In this document: positions 24,358-33,629 of the stretch, piece after piece
Numbering within the stretch: position 1 is the stretch's first letter
Layout of the letters: every line of letters begins with the position of its first letter
Origin: Actinomycetota bacterium
GTDB taxonomy: Bacteria > Actinomycetota > UBA4738 > HRBIN12
Reading direction: 5' to 3'
DNA length: 34,256 nt
Assembly (NCBI GenBank): GCA_036554665.1
Contig: DATBMU010000157.1
Coordinates: 1-34,256 of the forward strand
The notes under the pieces: model-generated
Told to the model about the DNA's origin: nothing
The model's input: only the letters and a program-made list of their open reading frames with translations
The model's database searches: none
Program-made: the position numbers and the translations under genes

Positions 24358-26562
24358 CTATTCCTCCATCACGACGCGGACGCTCCCCTCGCGCGAGAGC
24401 AGCGAGAAGGACGTGATCTCGCCCTCGCGGCGGAACACCACGCTGATCCGGCTGTCCCCGACCGCGAGGTTCCTCACCTCGACCGTGTTCAGCCACGTCG
24501 GCAGGTGCGGGAGGTTCACCGTGAGGAGGTTCTCGTGCGCCCGCGCCGAGATCCCGAGGATCGCCTGCAGCATCAGGTACGGGGAGCCGGCGGCCCAGGC
24601 CTGCGGTGAGCACGCGATCGGGTAGCTGACCGGGCGGTTCGGCGTGCGGCGCGTGAAGCCGCAGAAGAGCTCGGGGAGCCGCAGGTAATCGGCCTGCACC
24701 GCCGCGTCGAACAGGGCGGTCGCCACCCGGTTCGTCGACCGCGCGAACCCGTAGCGCTTGAGCCCGGCAGCGATCAGCGCGTTGTCGTGCGGCCACACGG
24801 AGCCGTTGTGGTAGCTCATCGGGTTGTAGGCGGACGCCGCCTTGCTCATCGTGCGGATCCCCCAGCCCGAGAACATGTCCGGCGCGAGCAGCCGCTTGGC
24901 GAGCGGCACCGCCTTGTCCTCGTCGACGATCCCGCAGTAGAGCCCGTGCCCGGGGTTGGAGGTGACCGTGCGGACCTGCCGCTTGTCCGCGTCGAGCGCC
25001 TCCGCGTAGAACTGCTCGTCCTCGATCCAGAACGCCTCGTTGTACCGCCGCTTCAGCTCCGCCGCGGCGGCCTCGAGACGGTTCGCATCGTCCGGCCTGC
25101 CGAGGGATCGGTACACGTCCGCCATCCGCAGCTTCGCGAGGTACACGTACGCCTGGACCTCCGCGAGCGCGACGGGCGGCTCGGCGAGGTGCCCGTCCGC
25201 GTGGACCACCGAGTCGTGCGAGTCCTTCCAGCCCTGGTTGCGGATCCCGCGCGGCGAGCGGCACAGGTACTCGACGAAGCCGTCGCCGTCCAGGTCGCCG
25301 TACCGGTCGATCCACTCGAGCGCCGCCTCGGCCGCCGGCAGGAGCTTCTCCGCGAACCCGACGTCGCCCGTCCACCGCAGGTGCATCCCGAACAGGATCA
25401 CGAACCAGGGCGTCGAGTCGACCGAGCCGTAGTACGGGGTGTGCGGGACGACCCCCGCCCGCGCGAGCTCGCCCTGGCGGATCTCGTGCAGGATCTTCCC
25501 GGGCTGCTCGTCGCGCCAGTCGTCGACCTCGGTCCCCTGCTTGGCCGCGAGCAGCTCGAGCGCCTCCCGCGCCGGCCGCGGGTTGACGAGCAGCAGCTGG
25601 TGGGACGCGATCAGCGAATCCCGGCCGAACACCGTGACGTACCACGGGATCCCCGCGGCGAGGACGGCCCCGCCGTCCGTCTGCGTGTACAGCGCCCGGA
25701 GATCGCGACGGCTGCGCGCGAGCAGCTGGTTGAACAGCTCGTTGTCGGTGACGATCTCGGTCGACTCGCGCTCCCACTCCTCGTAGGAACGACGGAGCTC
25801 GTGCACCGCGTGGTCGAAATCCACGGACGACGGCTGCGCGTCCGCGGTCATGGGGTCGATCGAGAGCCCGACCAGCTTGGTCTGATAGGGCCCGAGCGGC
25901 ATCCGGAACACCGCCGTCGCCACGATCCCGTCGACGTCGATCCGGTCCGGCCTGCCGCCGAACTCGATCCGCGTGATGCGGCGGATCCGATCCCGCCCCT
26001 CGTACTCGAACTCGACCGTCGACTCGTGCACTCGCGGCGGGCGCGGCACCTCGGTCGACTCCCGGGCCATGCCGCGCACCTCGAAGATGTCGGCGAAGTC
26101 GGCCCCCAGGTGGAACTCGAGGTCGAGCGAGACCGGGAACGGGTTGTAGTTCTTCACCCGGATCCGCTCGAACAGGCGCCCGTTGATCGCCCGGATCCGG
26201 CGGATGTTCAGCGTCTGCTGCGGGACCACGAGGGTGTCGCCGTCGTACAGGTCCGGGTTCGTCAGGTCGACGTGCGACATGTAGCCGCGCTCGGACGAGG
26301 AAGACAGGAGCACCGGATCGCGGCCGTTGATCGTCATCCGGAAATGCGACAGGTACCGCGTGTCCTTGGCGTACAGGCCGAGGCCGAAGTCGCCGCCGTG
26401 GTCGAGGTTGCCCTCGAGATCGGAGTACAGGAATGTGTCGCCTTCCTTGACCGCGAGCGTCTTGCTCGCCAGATCGGTGACGAGGACGGGGGTGGCGACG
26501 CGCTCGGGCCGCTCGGACCCCGGCCGGGGGTCGGCCTCCCGTCCATTCGGGTCCGCGCTCAT
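24358..26562 (-). CDS. Amylo-alpha-1,6-glucosidase family protein (archaeal-type glycogen debranching enzyme-like; GDE_N_bis + GDE_C)
   Basis: 734 aa. The N-terminus LAVKEGDTFLYSDLEGNL...GLYAKDTRYLS is typical of the bacterial/archaeal GDE N-domain. The C-terminal (alpha/alpha)6 region has FGRDSLI...YHNGSVWPHDNA. The competing 1072-aa ORF in another frame has junk composition. Confidence 0.8.
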   Translation of the reverse strand: MSADPNGREADPRPGSERPERVATPVLVTDLASKTLAVKEGDTFLYSDLEGNLDHGGDFGLGLYAKDTRYLSHFRMTINGRDPVLLSSSSERGYMSHVDLTNPDLYDGDTLVVPQQTLNIRRIRAINGRLFERIRVKNYNPFPVSLDLEFHLGADFADIFEVRGMARESTEVPRPPRVHESTVEFEYEGRDRIRRITRIEFGGRPDRIDVDGIVATAVFRMPLGPYQTKLVGLSIDPMTADAQPSSVDFDHAVHELRRSYEEWERESTEIVTDNELFNQLLARSRRDLRALYTQTDGGAVLAAGIPWYVTVFGRDSLIASHQLLLVNPRPAREALELLAAKQGTEVDDWRDEQPGKILHEIRQGELARAGVVPHTPYYGSVDSTPWFVILFGMHLRWTGDVGFAEKLLPAAEAALEWIDRYGDLDGDGFVEYLCRSPRGIRNQGWKDSHDSVVHADGHLAEPPVALAEVQAYVYLAKLRMADVYRSLGRPDDANRLEAAAAELKRRYNEAFWIEDEQFYAEALDADKRQVRTVTSNPGHGLYCGIVDEDKAVPLAKRLLAPDMFSGWGIRTMSKAASAYNPMSYHNGSVWPHDNALIAAGLKRYGFARSTNRVATALFDAAVQADYLRLPELFCGFTRRTPNRPVSYPIACSPQAWAAGSPYLMLQAILGISARAHENLLTVNLPHLPTWLNTVEVRNLAVGDSRISVVFRREGEITSFSLLSREGSVRVVMEE

Positions 26563-26577
26563 CGAGGCTCGCCGGGG

Positions 26578-26606
26578 AGTCTAGGTTCGGCACCGGAGCC
26601 GTTCAA
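26578..26606 (-). promoter_or_regulatory. Candidate promoter of the GDE-like gene (TTGAAC-17 nt-TAGACT)
   Basis: The minus strand reads TTGAAC (26606-26601), a 17-nt spacer, then TAGACT (26583-26578). The ATG (26562) starts 15 nt after the -10 box and has no clear SD. Confidence 0.45.
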
Positions 26607-26644
26607 CGACATCGCTTCCCCATCGTCACGCGTCGCGGCCACCT

Positions 26645-27505
26645 TCACCCGGTCGTGACCTGCACGCCCTCGGCGCGCACCGCGAGCCGCAGCACCCGCC
26701 ACCCAGAGCCGGGGTCCGGGACCGGCCGCGCGTCGCGCTCGAACGCGAGCAGCGCGGGGCCTGATCCGGAGACGCAGACGGGGACGTCGTCTCCGCGCAG
26801 ACGGTCGAACACGGGCCGCACCTCCGGCACCAGGGCCAGGCGAGCGTCCTCGTGCAACCGGTCGCGCATCGCGGGCCCGAGGCGGTCGGGGTCCCGCAGG
26901 ATCCGCGCCATCGTCAGCGCGGCATGCGCGACGTTGAAGACCGCGTCCTCGCGGGCGACGGGGTCCGCGAGCGCGCGCCGAGCCGCCTCCGTCGAGACGC
27001 GCACGCCCTCGGGGATCAGGACCACCGGCCGCAGGCCCGGATGCGGGTCCAGCCGCTCGACGAGGTCACCCGCCACGATCGTGAACCCGCCGAACACCGC
27101 CGGCGCGGCGTTGTCCGGATGGCCCTCGAGCTCGGCTGCCACGGCGAACGTGGCCACCGGATCGGCCCGGCTCTCGCCGACGAGCGCTCCGCCGAGCGCG
27201 ACACCGGCGACCGCGGCCGCGGCGCTCGAGCCCAGACCGCTCGCGAGCGGGATCCGGTTCCTCCCCCGCAGGGCGAACCGCGGCACGCGGATGCCAGCCG
27301 CCTCGGCGACCCGCGCGATCGCCCGGCTCACCCGGTCGGAGCCGTCCGTGGGGAGCTCGCCGGCGCCCTCGCCCTCCCAGGACACGCCCGGCTCGGCGTC
27401 GGTGTCGATCGCGACCTCGTTGCACAGGTCGAGCGCGAGGCCGAAGCAATCGAAGCCGGGACCGAGGTTCGCCGAGGTCGCGGGGACCCGCGCGACGAGC
27501 CGCAT
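26645..27505 (-). CDS. thrB: Homoserine kinase
   Basis: 286 aa with VPATSANLGPGFDCFGLAL and GLGSSAAA (GHMP kinase motif). Confidence 0.93.
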   Translation of the reverse strand: MRLVARVPATSANLGPGFDCFGLALDLCNEVAIDTDAEPGVSWEGEGAGELPTDGSDRVSRAIARVAEAAGIRVPRFALRGRNRIPLASGLGSSAAAAVAGVALGGALVGESRADPVATFAVAAELEGHPDNAAPAVFGGFTIVAGDLVERLDPHPGLRPVVLIPEGVRVSTEAARRALADPVAREDAVFNVAHAALTMARILRDPDRLGPAMRDRLHEDARLALVPEVRPVFDRLRGDDVPVCVSGSGPALLAFERDARPVPDPGSGWRVLRLAVRAEGVQVTTG

Positions 27506-27514
27506 CCCCCGCGC

Positions 27515-28570
27515 CTAGAGCCCGAGCTCCGCCGCGACGGCGGCGGGGTCGGCCGGGACCGAGGGCGGGTGGGCCGCGCCGGCGATCGCCCACTCCGGGT
27601 CCTTCAGGCCGTGCCCGGTGAGGATGCAGACCACGGTCGCGCCGACCTGCAGCTCGCCGTCCGACGCGAGCCGGAGCAGCCCGGCCACGCTCGCGGCCGA
27701 TGCCGGCTCCGCGAAGAGGCCCTCGTGCGCGACCCGGCGGTACGCGGCGAGGATCTCGCGGTCCGTCACGGCGCGGATGCCGCCCTCCGAGCCCTTCGCG
27801 GCGGCCATCGCCAGGTCCCAGGAGGCCGGGTTGCCGATCCGGATCGCGGTCGCGATCGTCTGCGGCTCGGCCACCGGCTCGCCGCGGACGAGCGGGGCGG
27901 CGCCGGCGGCCTGGAAGCCGAACAGGCGCGGCGGCTCGTGGATCACGCCGTCGGTCAGGTACTCCGAGTAGCCGATCCAGTGGCTCGAGATGTTCCCGGC
28001 GTTGCCGACCGGGACGCAGTGGAGGTCCGGCGCCCGGCCGAGCGCGTCCACGATCTCGAACGCGCAGGTCTTCTGGCCCTGCAGCCGGAACGGGTTCACG
28101 GAGTTGACCAGCGTGACCGGGTACCGGTCGGCGAGCCCCTGCGCGAGCCCGAGCGAGGCGTCGAAGTTCCCCTCGACCTCGAGGACGCGCGCGCCGTGCA
28201 CGAGCGTCGCCGCCATCTTGCCGAGCGCGACCTTCCCCTTCGGGACGAGGACGGCGCACGTGAGCCCGGCCTTCGCCGCGTACGCGGCGGCGCTCGCGCT
28301 CGTGTTGCCCGTCGAGGCGCACACGACGGCCTTGGAGCCCTCCTCGAGCGCCTTGCTGATCGCGAGCGTCATCCCCCGGTCCTTGAACGAGGCGGTGGGG
28401 TTCGCGCCTTCGTACTTCAGCCAGACCTCGCACGCGGTCTCCGCGGAGAGCGAGTCGGAGCGCACGAGCGGCGTCCCCCCCTCGCACAGCGTCACGACGG
28501 GTGTGCCCTCGCTCACGGGCAGGCGGTCGCGGTACTCCTCGATCACGCCGCGCCAGGGCCGCGCGCTCAC
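27515..28570 (-). CDS. thrC: Threonine synthase
   Basis: 351 aa with the [16 protein letters not shown]-lysine motif. GTG start forms a GTGA overlap with the hom stop. Confidence 0.93.
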   Translation of the reverse strand: MSARPWRGVIEEYRDRLPVSEGTPVVTLCEGGTPLVRSDSLSAETACEVWLKYEGANPTASFKDRGMTLAISKALEEGSKAVVCASTGNTSASAAAYAAKAGLTCAVLVPKGKVALGKMAATLVHGARVLEVEGNFDASLGLAQGLADRYPVTLVNSVNPFRLQGQKTCAFEIVDALGRAPDLHCVPVGNAGNISSHWIGYSEYLTDGVIHEPPRLFGFQAAGAAPLVRGEPVAEPQTIATAIRIGNPASWDLAMAAAKGSEGGIRAVTDREILAAYRRVAHEGLFAEPASAASVAGLLRLASDGELQVGATVVCILTGHGLKDPEWAIAGAAHPPSVPADPAAVAAELGL

Positions 28571-29862
28571 GGTCCCTCCCCCTCGACCCGCACCACGCTC
28601 CGCACCTCTTCGACCCGGGGGACGGCGCGGAGCTCGGACACCGCCCGCTGGAACGACCCCTCCATCGCCCGGTGCGTGATGAACACGAGCTGCGCGTCGC
28701 GACCGGTCCCCTCCTGCCAGACGCTCTTGATCGACACCTCGTTACGACCGAACACGCCCGCGATCTCCGCGAGAACGCCCGGGCGGTCGTCCACGCGGAG
28801 CAGGATGTAGTACTGGCCGCTCATCTCGGCCATCGGGCGGATCGTGCGCTCGTGGAAGCAGGTGCACCCGACGCCGCGAGCCCCGGCGAGCAGGTTGCGG
28901 GCGACCGTGACCAGATCGCCGACCACGGCCGTCGCCGTCGGGGCGCCGCCCGCGCCGCGACCGTAGAACATCAGCTCGCCGACGTTCGGCCCTTCGACGA
29001 ATACGGCGTTGAACGCATCGCGCACGCTCGCGAGCGGATGCGCGGCGGGGATCATCGCCGGATGCACGCGGACCGCGATGCGCTCATCCTGCCCCATCTC
29101 GGCGATCGCGAGCAGCTTCACCACGTACCCGAGACGGCGCGCGTGCTCGATGTCCTCGATCCGGACCCCCGTGATCCCCTCGCGGTACACGTCGTCGCCG
29201 ACCACGCGCGCGTTGAACGCGATCGAGGCCAGGATCGCGCACTTGGCCGCGGCGTCGTGGCCCTCGACGTCGGCGGCGGGATCGGCCTCCGCGTAGCCGA
29301 GGCGTTGGGCCTCACCCAGCACGTCGTCGTAGTCGCGCCCCTCCTCGGACATCTTCGTGAGGATCAGGTTCGTGGTGCCGTTCACGATCCCGATCACGCG
29401 GTGAAGACGCTCGCCGGTGAGCGACTCCTTCATCGGCCGGATCAGCGGGATCCCGCCGCCGACGGCAGCCTCGAAGTAGAGGTCGAGCCCCTTCGCGTCG
29501 GAGGCGTCGAACAGCTCACGGCCTCGCACTGCGAGCAGCTCCTTGTTCGCGGTGACCACCGGCTTGTCCCGGTCGAACGCGGCCAGGACCAGCGAGCCCG
29601 CCGGCTCCACGCCGCCGATCAGCTCGCAGACGATGTCGATGTCGGGGTCGTCGATCACCGCCATCGGATCGGCGACGAACGTCGAGGGGTCGAGCGGCAC
29701 GTCGCGCGGCTTCGCGGGGTCACGAACGGCCACCTTCGCGACGTCCAGCCGGCACCCGGCCCGCCGGGCGATGTCGTCCCGGTGCTCCTCGAGCAGCCGG
29801 ACGACGGCGGCCCCCACCGTGCCGCAGCCGAGCATCCCCACCCGCAGGCTCCGCTCGCTCAC
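28567..29862 (-). CDS. hom: Homoserine dehydrogenase with a C-terminal ACT domain
   Basis: The GTG at 29862 forms a GTGA overlap with the GNAT stop and gives 431 aa. It has the [10 protein letters not shown] Rossmann motif, a VVTANK motif and a C-terminal ACT-like region ([21 protein letters not shown]). The track ORF extension upstream overlaps the GNAT gene. Confidence 0.9.
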   Translation of the reverse strand: MSERSLRVGMLGCGTVGAAVVRLLEEHRDDIARRAGCRLDVAKVAVRDPAKPRDVPLDPSTFVADPMAVIDDPDIDIVCELIGGVEPAGSLVLAAFDRDKPVVTANKELLAVRGRELFDASDAKGLDLYFEAAVGGGIPLIRPMKESLTGERLHRVIGIVNGTTNLILTKMSEEGRDYDDVLGEAQRLGYAEADPAADVEGHDAAAKCAILASIAFNARVVGDDVYREGITGVRIEDIEHARRLGYVVKLLAIAEMGQDERIAVRVHPAMIPAAHPLASVRDAFNAVFVEGPNVGELMFYGRGAGGAPTATAVVGDLVTVARNLLAGARGVGCTCFHERTIRPMAEMSGQYYILLRVDDRPGVLAEIAGVFGRNEVSIKSVWQEGTGRDAQLVFITHRAMEGSFQRAVSELRAVPRVEEVRSVVRVEGEGP

Positions 29863-30395
29863 GTTCCCTCCGGCTCCTCCTCCAGCTGGACGGCCATGAG
29901 TATCTCGTCCTCGTAACCGTAGGACTTCTTCGCGTGGCGGACGAGGCGCCCCTCCTGGACGAACCCGAACCGCCGGTACAGGGCGATCGCCGCCTCGTTG
30001 TGCGGGTAGACCGTCAGCTCGATCCGCTCGACGTCGAACCGGCGGGCCCACCGCAGCGCCTCCTCCATCAGCGCGGTCCCGATCCGGCGCCCGCGGTGGC
30101 TCGCGATCACGAACATGCCGAGCGTCGCGACGTGCGCGGTGGCCGGATGGTCGTCGCGACGGATCGACAGGCTCCCCACCACACGATCGCCCTCGAGCGC
30201 CACCAGGTGGGCGGCCCGCTCGTCCCAGGATCGACGGAAGCGGCGACGGTAGAAGCCCCGGGACCGCCCGACGCGCTCGGTCTGGATGAACCGTCGTTCG
30301 GCCGCGACCTCGCGGTACGCGTCGAGGAAGGACCGGGCGTCCCGCGGTCGGGCCGGCCGCACGAGGATCCCGGCCGCGCGTCCCGCGTCAGCCAT
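29859..30395 (-). CDS. GNAT-family N-acetyltransferase
   Basis: 178 aa. HRGRRIGTALMEEALRWAR is the acetyl-CoA binding Q/RxxGxG/A motif, and NEAAIALYRRFGF is GNAT motif B. The start overlaps the argS stop by 8 nt. Confidence 0.8.
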   Translation of the reverse strand: MADAGRAAGILVRPARPRDARSFLDAYREVAAERRFIQTERVGRSRGFYRRRFRRSWDERAAHLVALEGDRVVGSLSIRRDDHPATAHVATLGMFVIASHRGRRIGTALMEEALRWARRFDVERIELTVYPHNEAAIALYRRFGFVQEGRLVRHAKKSYGYEDEILMAVQLEEEPEGT

Positions 30396-32055
30396 CCTCC
30401 CGCTCCATCGACTCGGGGGCCGAGACGCCGAGCAGCCCGAGCAGGTTCGCGATCACCTGCTTCGTGGCGACGCACAGCCACAGGCGCGCCTGGGTCGGCC
30501 GGTCGTCCTCCGACAGGACCGGGAGGTCCGTGTAGAAGCGGTGGAACCGCGACGCGAGGTCCTGCGCCGCGTGGGTGAGCCGATGCGGCGACCGCAGCTC
30601 CGCCGCGCGGGCGATCTCGCCGGGGACGTCGGCGATCGCGCGGAGCAGATCCCGCTCGCTCTCGTGCGTGAGCGCCCCGAGGTCGGCCTCAGCGATCGGT
30701 CGGAGCTCGACGCCGCGTTCGGCCGCCTTGCGCAGGATCGACGCGATCCGCGCGTGCCCGTACTGGACGTAGTAGACGGGGTTGTCCATCGACTGGCGCT
30801 TCACGGCCTCGATGTCGAAGCTCATCGACGCGTCGTTGCTGAACATCAGCAGGTGGAACCGCGCCGCGTCGGTCCCCACCTCGTCGATCAGCTCGTCGAG
30901 CGCGATGAACGTCCCGGCGCGCTTGCTCATCGGGACGGGCTCGCCCTCTCGGAGGAACGACACCCACTGATACAGCACGATCTCGACGGCGGTCGGCTCG
31001 TACCCGAGCGCCTGGGCGGCGCCGCGGACCCGGGCGACGTCCCCGTGATGATCGGCGCCCCAGACGTAGAGGACGTGGTCGAACCCCCGCGCGAACTTGT
31101 CGATCACGTAGGCGCAATCGGCCCCGAAGTACGTGTGCACACCGTTCGAGCGGATCACCACACGGTCCTTGTCGTCGCCGAACGCGGTGGAGCGGAACCA
31201 CACCGCCCCGTCGTCGTCGTAGGCGTAGCCGGCGGCCCGCAGCCGCTCGATCGCGGCCTCGATCTCGCCTCGCTCGGCGAGCGTGGCCTCGTGCATGAAC
31301 ACGTCGAAGCGGACGCCGAAGCGCTCGAGCGTGCCCCGGATGCCCTCGAGCACGCGCCGCGCCCCCTCCTCCCGGAGCCGGACGAGCCGCTGCTCGGGAG
31401 GGAGGTCCGCGAGGCCCGGCCCCTCGTCGGCGAGGACCTCCCGGGCGAGGTCGCCCACGTAGTCGCCGTGGTAGCCGTCCTCCGGTACCTCGGTGTCCGC
31501 GCCGAGGAGCTGCAGGTAACGTGCTTCCACGCTCGCCCCGAAGCGGTCCATCTGCCCGCCGGCGTCGTTGAAGTAGTACTCGCGCTCGACGTCCCAGCCG
31601 GTGGCCTCGAGGAGCCGGGCGATCGCGTCGCCGATCGCCGCGTTCCGCGCGTGACCGAGCGTGAGCGGCCCGGTCGGGTTCGCGCTCACGAACTCGACCT
31701 GCACCCGTCGGCCGTGCGGCTCCGTGCGTCCGAACCGCGGCCCGAGCGCGACCGCGTCGCGGAGCGCCTCGTGCAACCAGCCGTCCGTGAGCCGCAGATT
31801 GATGAACCCCGGCCCGGCGACCTCGGCGGCTCCCACGAGGTCCGAGTCCGGCAGCGCCGCGACGACGGCCTCGGCGACCTCGCGGGGGGGCCGGCCGACG
31901 CGCGCCGAGAGCGTCAGGGCCAGGTTCGTCGCGAAGTCTCCGTGCTCCTTCTGCCGGGGCTTCGTGAGCTCGATCGGGGGCGGTTCGCCGTCGAGCTCGA
32001 GCCCCGAGGATGCGAGGGCCGCGCGGAGGAGGTCGGCCAGTCGCTCCTCGATCAT
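30388..32055 (-). CDS. argS: Arginine--tRNA ligase
   Basis: The internal ATG at 32055 (MIEERLADLL...) gives 555 aa. It has SANPTGPLTLGHARN (HIGH-type) and MSKRAGT (KMSK-type) motifs and a C-terminal DALR anticodon-binding domain. The track ORF extension overlaps the upstream receiver gene. Confidence 0.93.
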   Translation of the reverse strand: MIEERLADLLRAALASSGLELDGEPPPIELTKPRQKEHGDFATNLALTLSARVGRPPREVAEAVVAALPDSDLVGAAEVAGPGFINLRLTDGWLHEALRDAVALGPRFGRTEPHGRRVQVEFVSANPTGPLTLGHARNAAIGDAIARLLEATGWDVEREYYFNDAGGQMDRFGASVEARYLQLLGADTEVPEDGYHGDYVGDLAREVLADEGPGLADLPPEQRLVRLREEGARRVLEGIRGTLERFGVRFDVFMHEATLAERGEIEAAIERLRAAGYAYDDDGAVWFRSTAFGDDKDRVVIRSNGVHTYFGADCAYVIDKFARGFDHVLYVWGADHHGDVARVRGAAQALGYEPTAVEIVLYQWVSFLREGEPVPMSKRAGTFIALDELIDEVGTDAARFHLLMFSNDASMSFDIEAVKRQSMDNPVYYVQYGHARIASILRKAAERGVELRPIAEADLGALTHESERDLLRAIADVPGEIARAAELRSPHRLTHAAQDLASRFHRFYTDLPVLSEDDRPTQARLWLCVATKQVIANLLGLLGVSAPESMEREDG

Positions 32056-32072
32056 CGGTCGGCGCGCCGCCG

Positions 32073-32468
32073 TCAGGCGTCCGACCGCGTCGCGCGGCGG
32101 AGCGTCTCGACGAGGTCGGCGGGCTCGACGGGCTTCGTGAGGAACGCGTGCACGCCAGCAGCGTAGCCGGGGTCCCCGGCCGCGTCCCGGTCGGTCCCGG
32201 ACAGGACGACGACGGGCGTCTCGGCGAGGCCGTCGAGGCCGCGCAGCTCGCGCAGGACCTCCCACCCGTCGAGGTCGGGGAGTCCCAGGTCGAGCACGAC
32301 GACGTCGGGCGGCGACGTCGCCGCCGAGGCGAGCGCGGCGGCTCCGCTCCCGGCCGTCGAGACGTCGAACCCGGCGACGCGCAGGTTCACCTCGAGCATC
32401 CGCAGCAGCACGGGCTCGTCGTCCACGAGGAGCACGAGCGGTGGCACGGAGGTCACGCGGGCCAGCAT
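32073..32468 (-). CDS. Single-domain response regulator (CheY-like receiver)
   Basis: 131 aa with the LLVDDE acidic pocket, the VVVLDLGLPDLDG phospho-acceptor Asp, then VLSG and LTKP (conserved Ser and Lys). There is no output domain. It lies 17 nt upstream of argS on the same strand. Confidence 0.85.
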   Translation of the reverse strand: MLARVTSVPPLVLLVDDEPVLLRMLEVNLRVAGFDVSTAGSGAAALASAATSPPDVVVLDLGLPDLDGWEVLRELRGLDGLAETPVVVLSGTDRDAAGDPGYAAGVHAFLTKPVEPADLVETLRRATRSDA

Positions 32469-32488
32469 AGGCGCGGAGGACCGGTTGT

Positions 32489-32494
32489 TAGACT
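32489..32494 (+). promoter_or_regulatory. Candidate extended -10 (TGtTAGACT) promoter for tRNA-Arg
   Basis: The plus strand reads TTGTTAGACTcggagcgaac, followed by tRNA position 1 at 32505. The hexamer ends 10 nt before the mature 5' end, and a TG lies one base upstream of the hexamer. Confidence 0.3.
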
Positions 32495-32504
32495 CGGAGC
32501 GAAC

Positions 32505-32576
<72 letters not shown>

Positions 32577-32591
32577 CCCAGGACGCGCCGC

Positions 32592-33023
32592 TCAGCGCCG
32601 CTCGAGCATCACCACGGGGATCTCGCGCTCGGTCTTCGCCTGGTACCGCTCGTAGTCCGGCCAGATCTCGACCATCGCTCGCCACAGTCGGGCGCGCTCT
32701 CGGCCCGTCGCCGGCCGAGCCGTCGCGTCGAACCGCTCGGCCCCGACCTGGACCCCTACCTGTGGGTCGGCGACGAGGTTCAGGTACCACTGGGGATGAT
32801 GCTCCGCGCCGCCCTGGGACGCGACGATCACGTGCCGATCGCCGTCGCGTCCGTAGATCAACGCGGTGCGCCGCAGCTTCCCGGTCTTGCGGCCGCGCGT
32901 CGTGAGCAGCAACGTGTGCACGCCGGACCACCGGTGTCCGGACCTGCCATCGGTTTCGACGTACCGGCGCACGTGGCGCGCGACCCATCGGGTCGGGCTG
33001 TCGTGGACGGGCTCCTCCTCCAT
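32592..33023 (-). CDS. Deazaflavin (F420)-dependent nitroreductase-family oxidoreductase (Ddn-like)
   Basis: I chose the ATG at 33023 (MEEEPVHD...), giving 143 aa. The motifs LLLTTRGRKTGKLRRTALIY and GGAEHHPQWYLNL are typical of the Ddn/PF04075 family. The longer 177-aa ORF would overlap the divergent SixA-like start. Confidence 0.75.
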   Translation of the reverse strand: MEEEPVHDSPTRWVARHVRRYVETDGRSGHRWSGVHTLLLTTRGRKTGKLRRTALIYGRDGDRHVIVASQGGAEHHPQWYLNLVADPQVGVQVGAERFDATARPATGRERARLWRAMVEIWPDYERYQAKTEREIPVVMLERR

Positions 33024-33050
33024 GCATCCATCGAACCACGTCGGCTCGGC

Positions 33051-33079
33051 TTGGGTTCCCGCGACCGTTCGGGTACCGT
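33051..33079 (+). promoter_or_regulatory. Candidate promoter of the SixA-like gene (TTGGGT-17 nt-TACCGT)
   Basis: The plus strand reads TTGGGT (33051-33056), a 17-nt spacer, then TACCGT (33074-33079), 25 nt before the ATG at 33105. This is a motif match only. Confidence 0.3.
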
Positions 33080-33104
33080 CCGGTTCGGTGCCCCTGTCCG
33101 GCCG

Positions 33105-33623
33105 ATGGCTTCCACGATGACGCACCGCCTATTGCTGCTGCGTCACGCGAAGTCGAGCTGGGACGACCCGTCCCGGCCCGACCACGATCGGCCGCTGTCC
33201 AAGCGGGGGCGTGGGGCGGCCGAGCGCATCGGCGTGCACCTCCGCGAGCTGGGCGTCCGCCCCGACCTCGTCCTGTGCTCGTCGTCCCGACGGACGCGCG
33301 AGACGCTCGAGCGCCTCGCGCTGGTCGACGCCGACGTCCGTCTCGAGGACGGCCTCTACGCGGCGGGCGACGACGAGCTGCTCGCCCGCGTCCGGGAGGT
33401 CCCCGACGACGTCGCGTCCGTCCTCCTGATCGGGCACAACCCGGGGGTGCAGGACCTCGCGATCGGGCTCGCCGGCCCGGACCTCGGCGACGTAGCGGCG
33501 CGCGTCCGGCAGCGGTTCCCGACCGGCGGGCTCGCGACGTTCGAGCTCGACGGGACCTGGCGGCACGCCGCGCCCGGTCGCGTTCGACTCGTGTCCTTCG
33601 TCGTCCCGCGCGAGCTCGGCTGA
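33105..33623 (+). CDS. Histidine phosphatase superfamily protein (SixA-like phosphohistidine phosphatase)
   Basis: This is the C-terminal part of the 537-aa track ORF. ATG at 33105 gives 172 aa; ATG at 33117 is an alternative. It has the LLLLRHAKS catalytic RH motif, a RPLSKRG motif and a LLIGHNPG second His motif. Confidence 0.75.
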   Translation: MASTMTHRLLLLRHAKSSWDDPSRPDHDRPLSKRGRGAAERIGVHLRELGVRPDLVLCSSSRRTRETLERLALVDADVRLEDGLYAAGDDELLARVREVPDDVASVLLIGHNPGVQDLAIGLAGPDLGDVAARVRQRFPTGGLATFELDGTWRHAAPGRVRLVSFVVPRELG

Positions 33624-33629
33624 GCCCGC

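Noticed and set aside
32577-32591. The tRNA-Arg 3' end reads A-CCCA rather than A-CCA; I considered a pseudo-tRNA.
   Set aside because: The cloverleaf is perfect with canonical T and D loops. Many Actinomycetota tRNA genes do not encode CCA, which the CCA-adding enzyme supplies after 3' processing.
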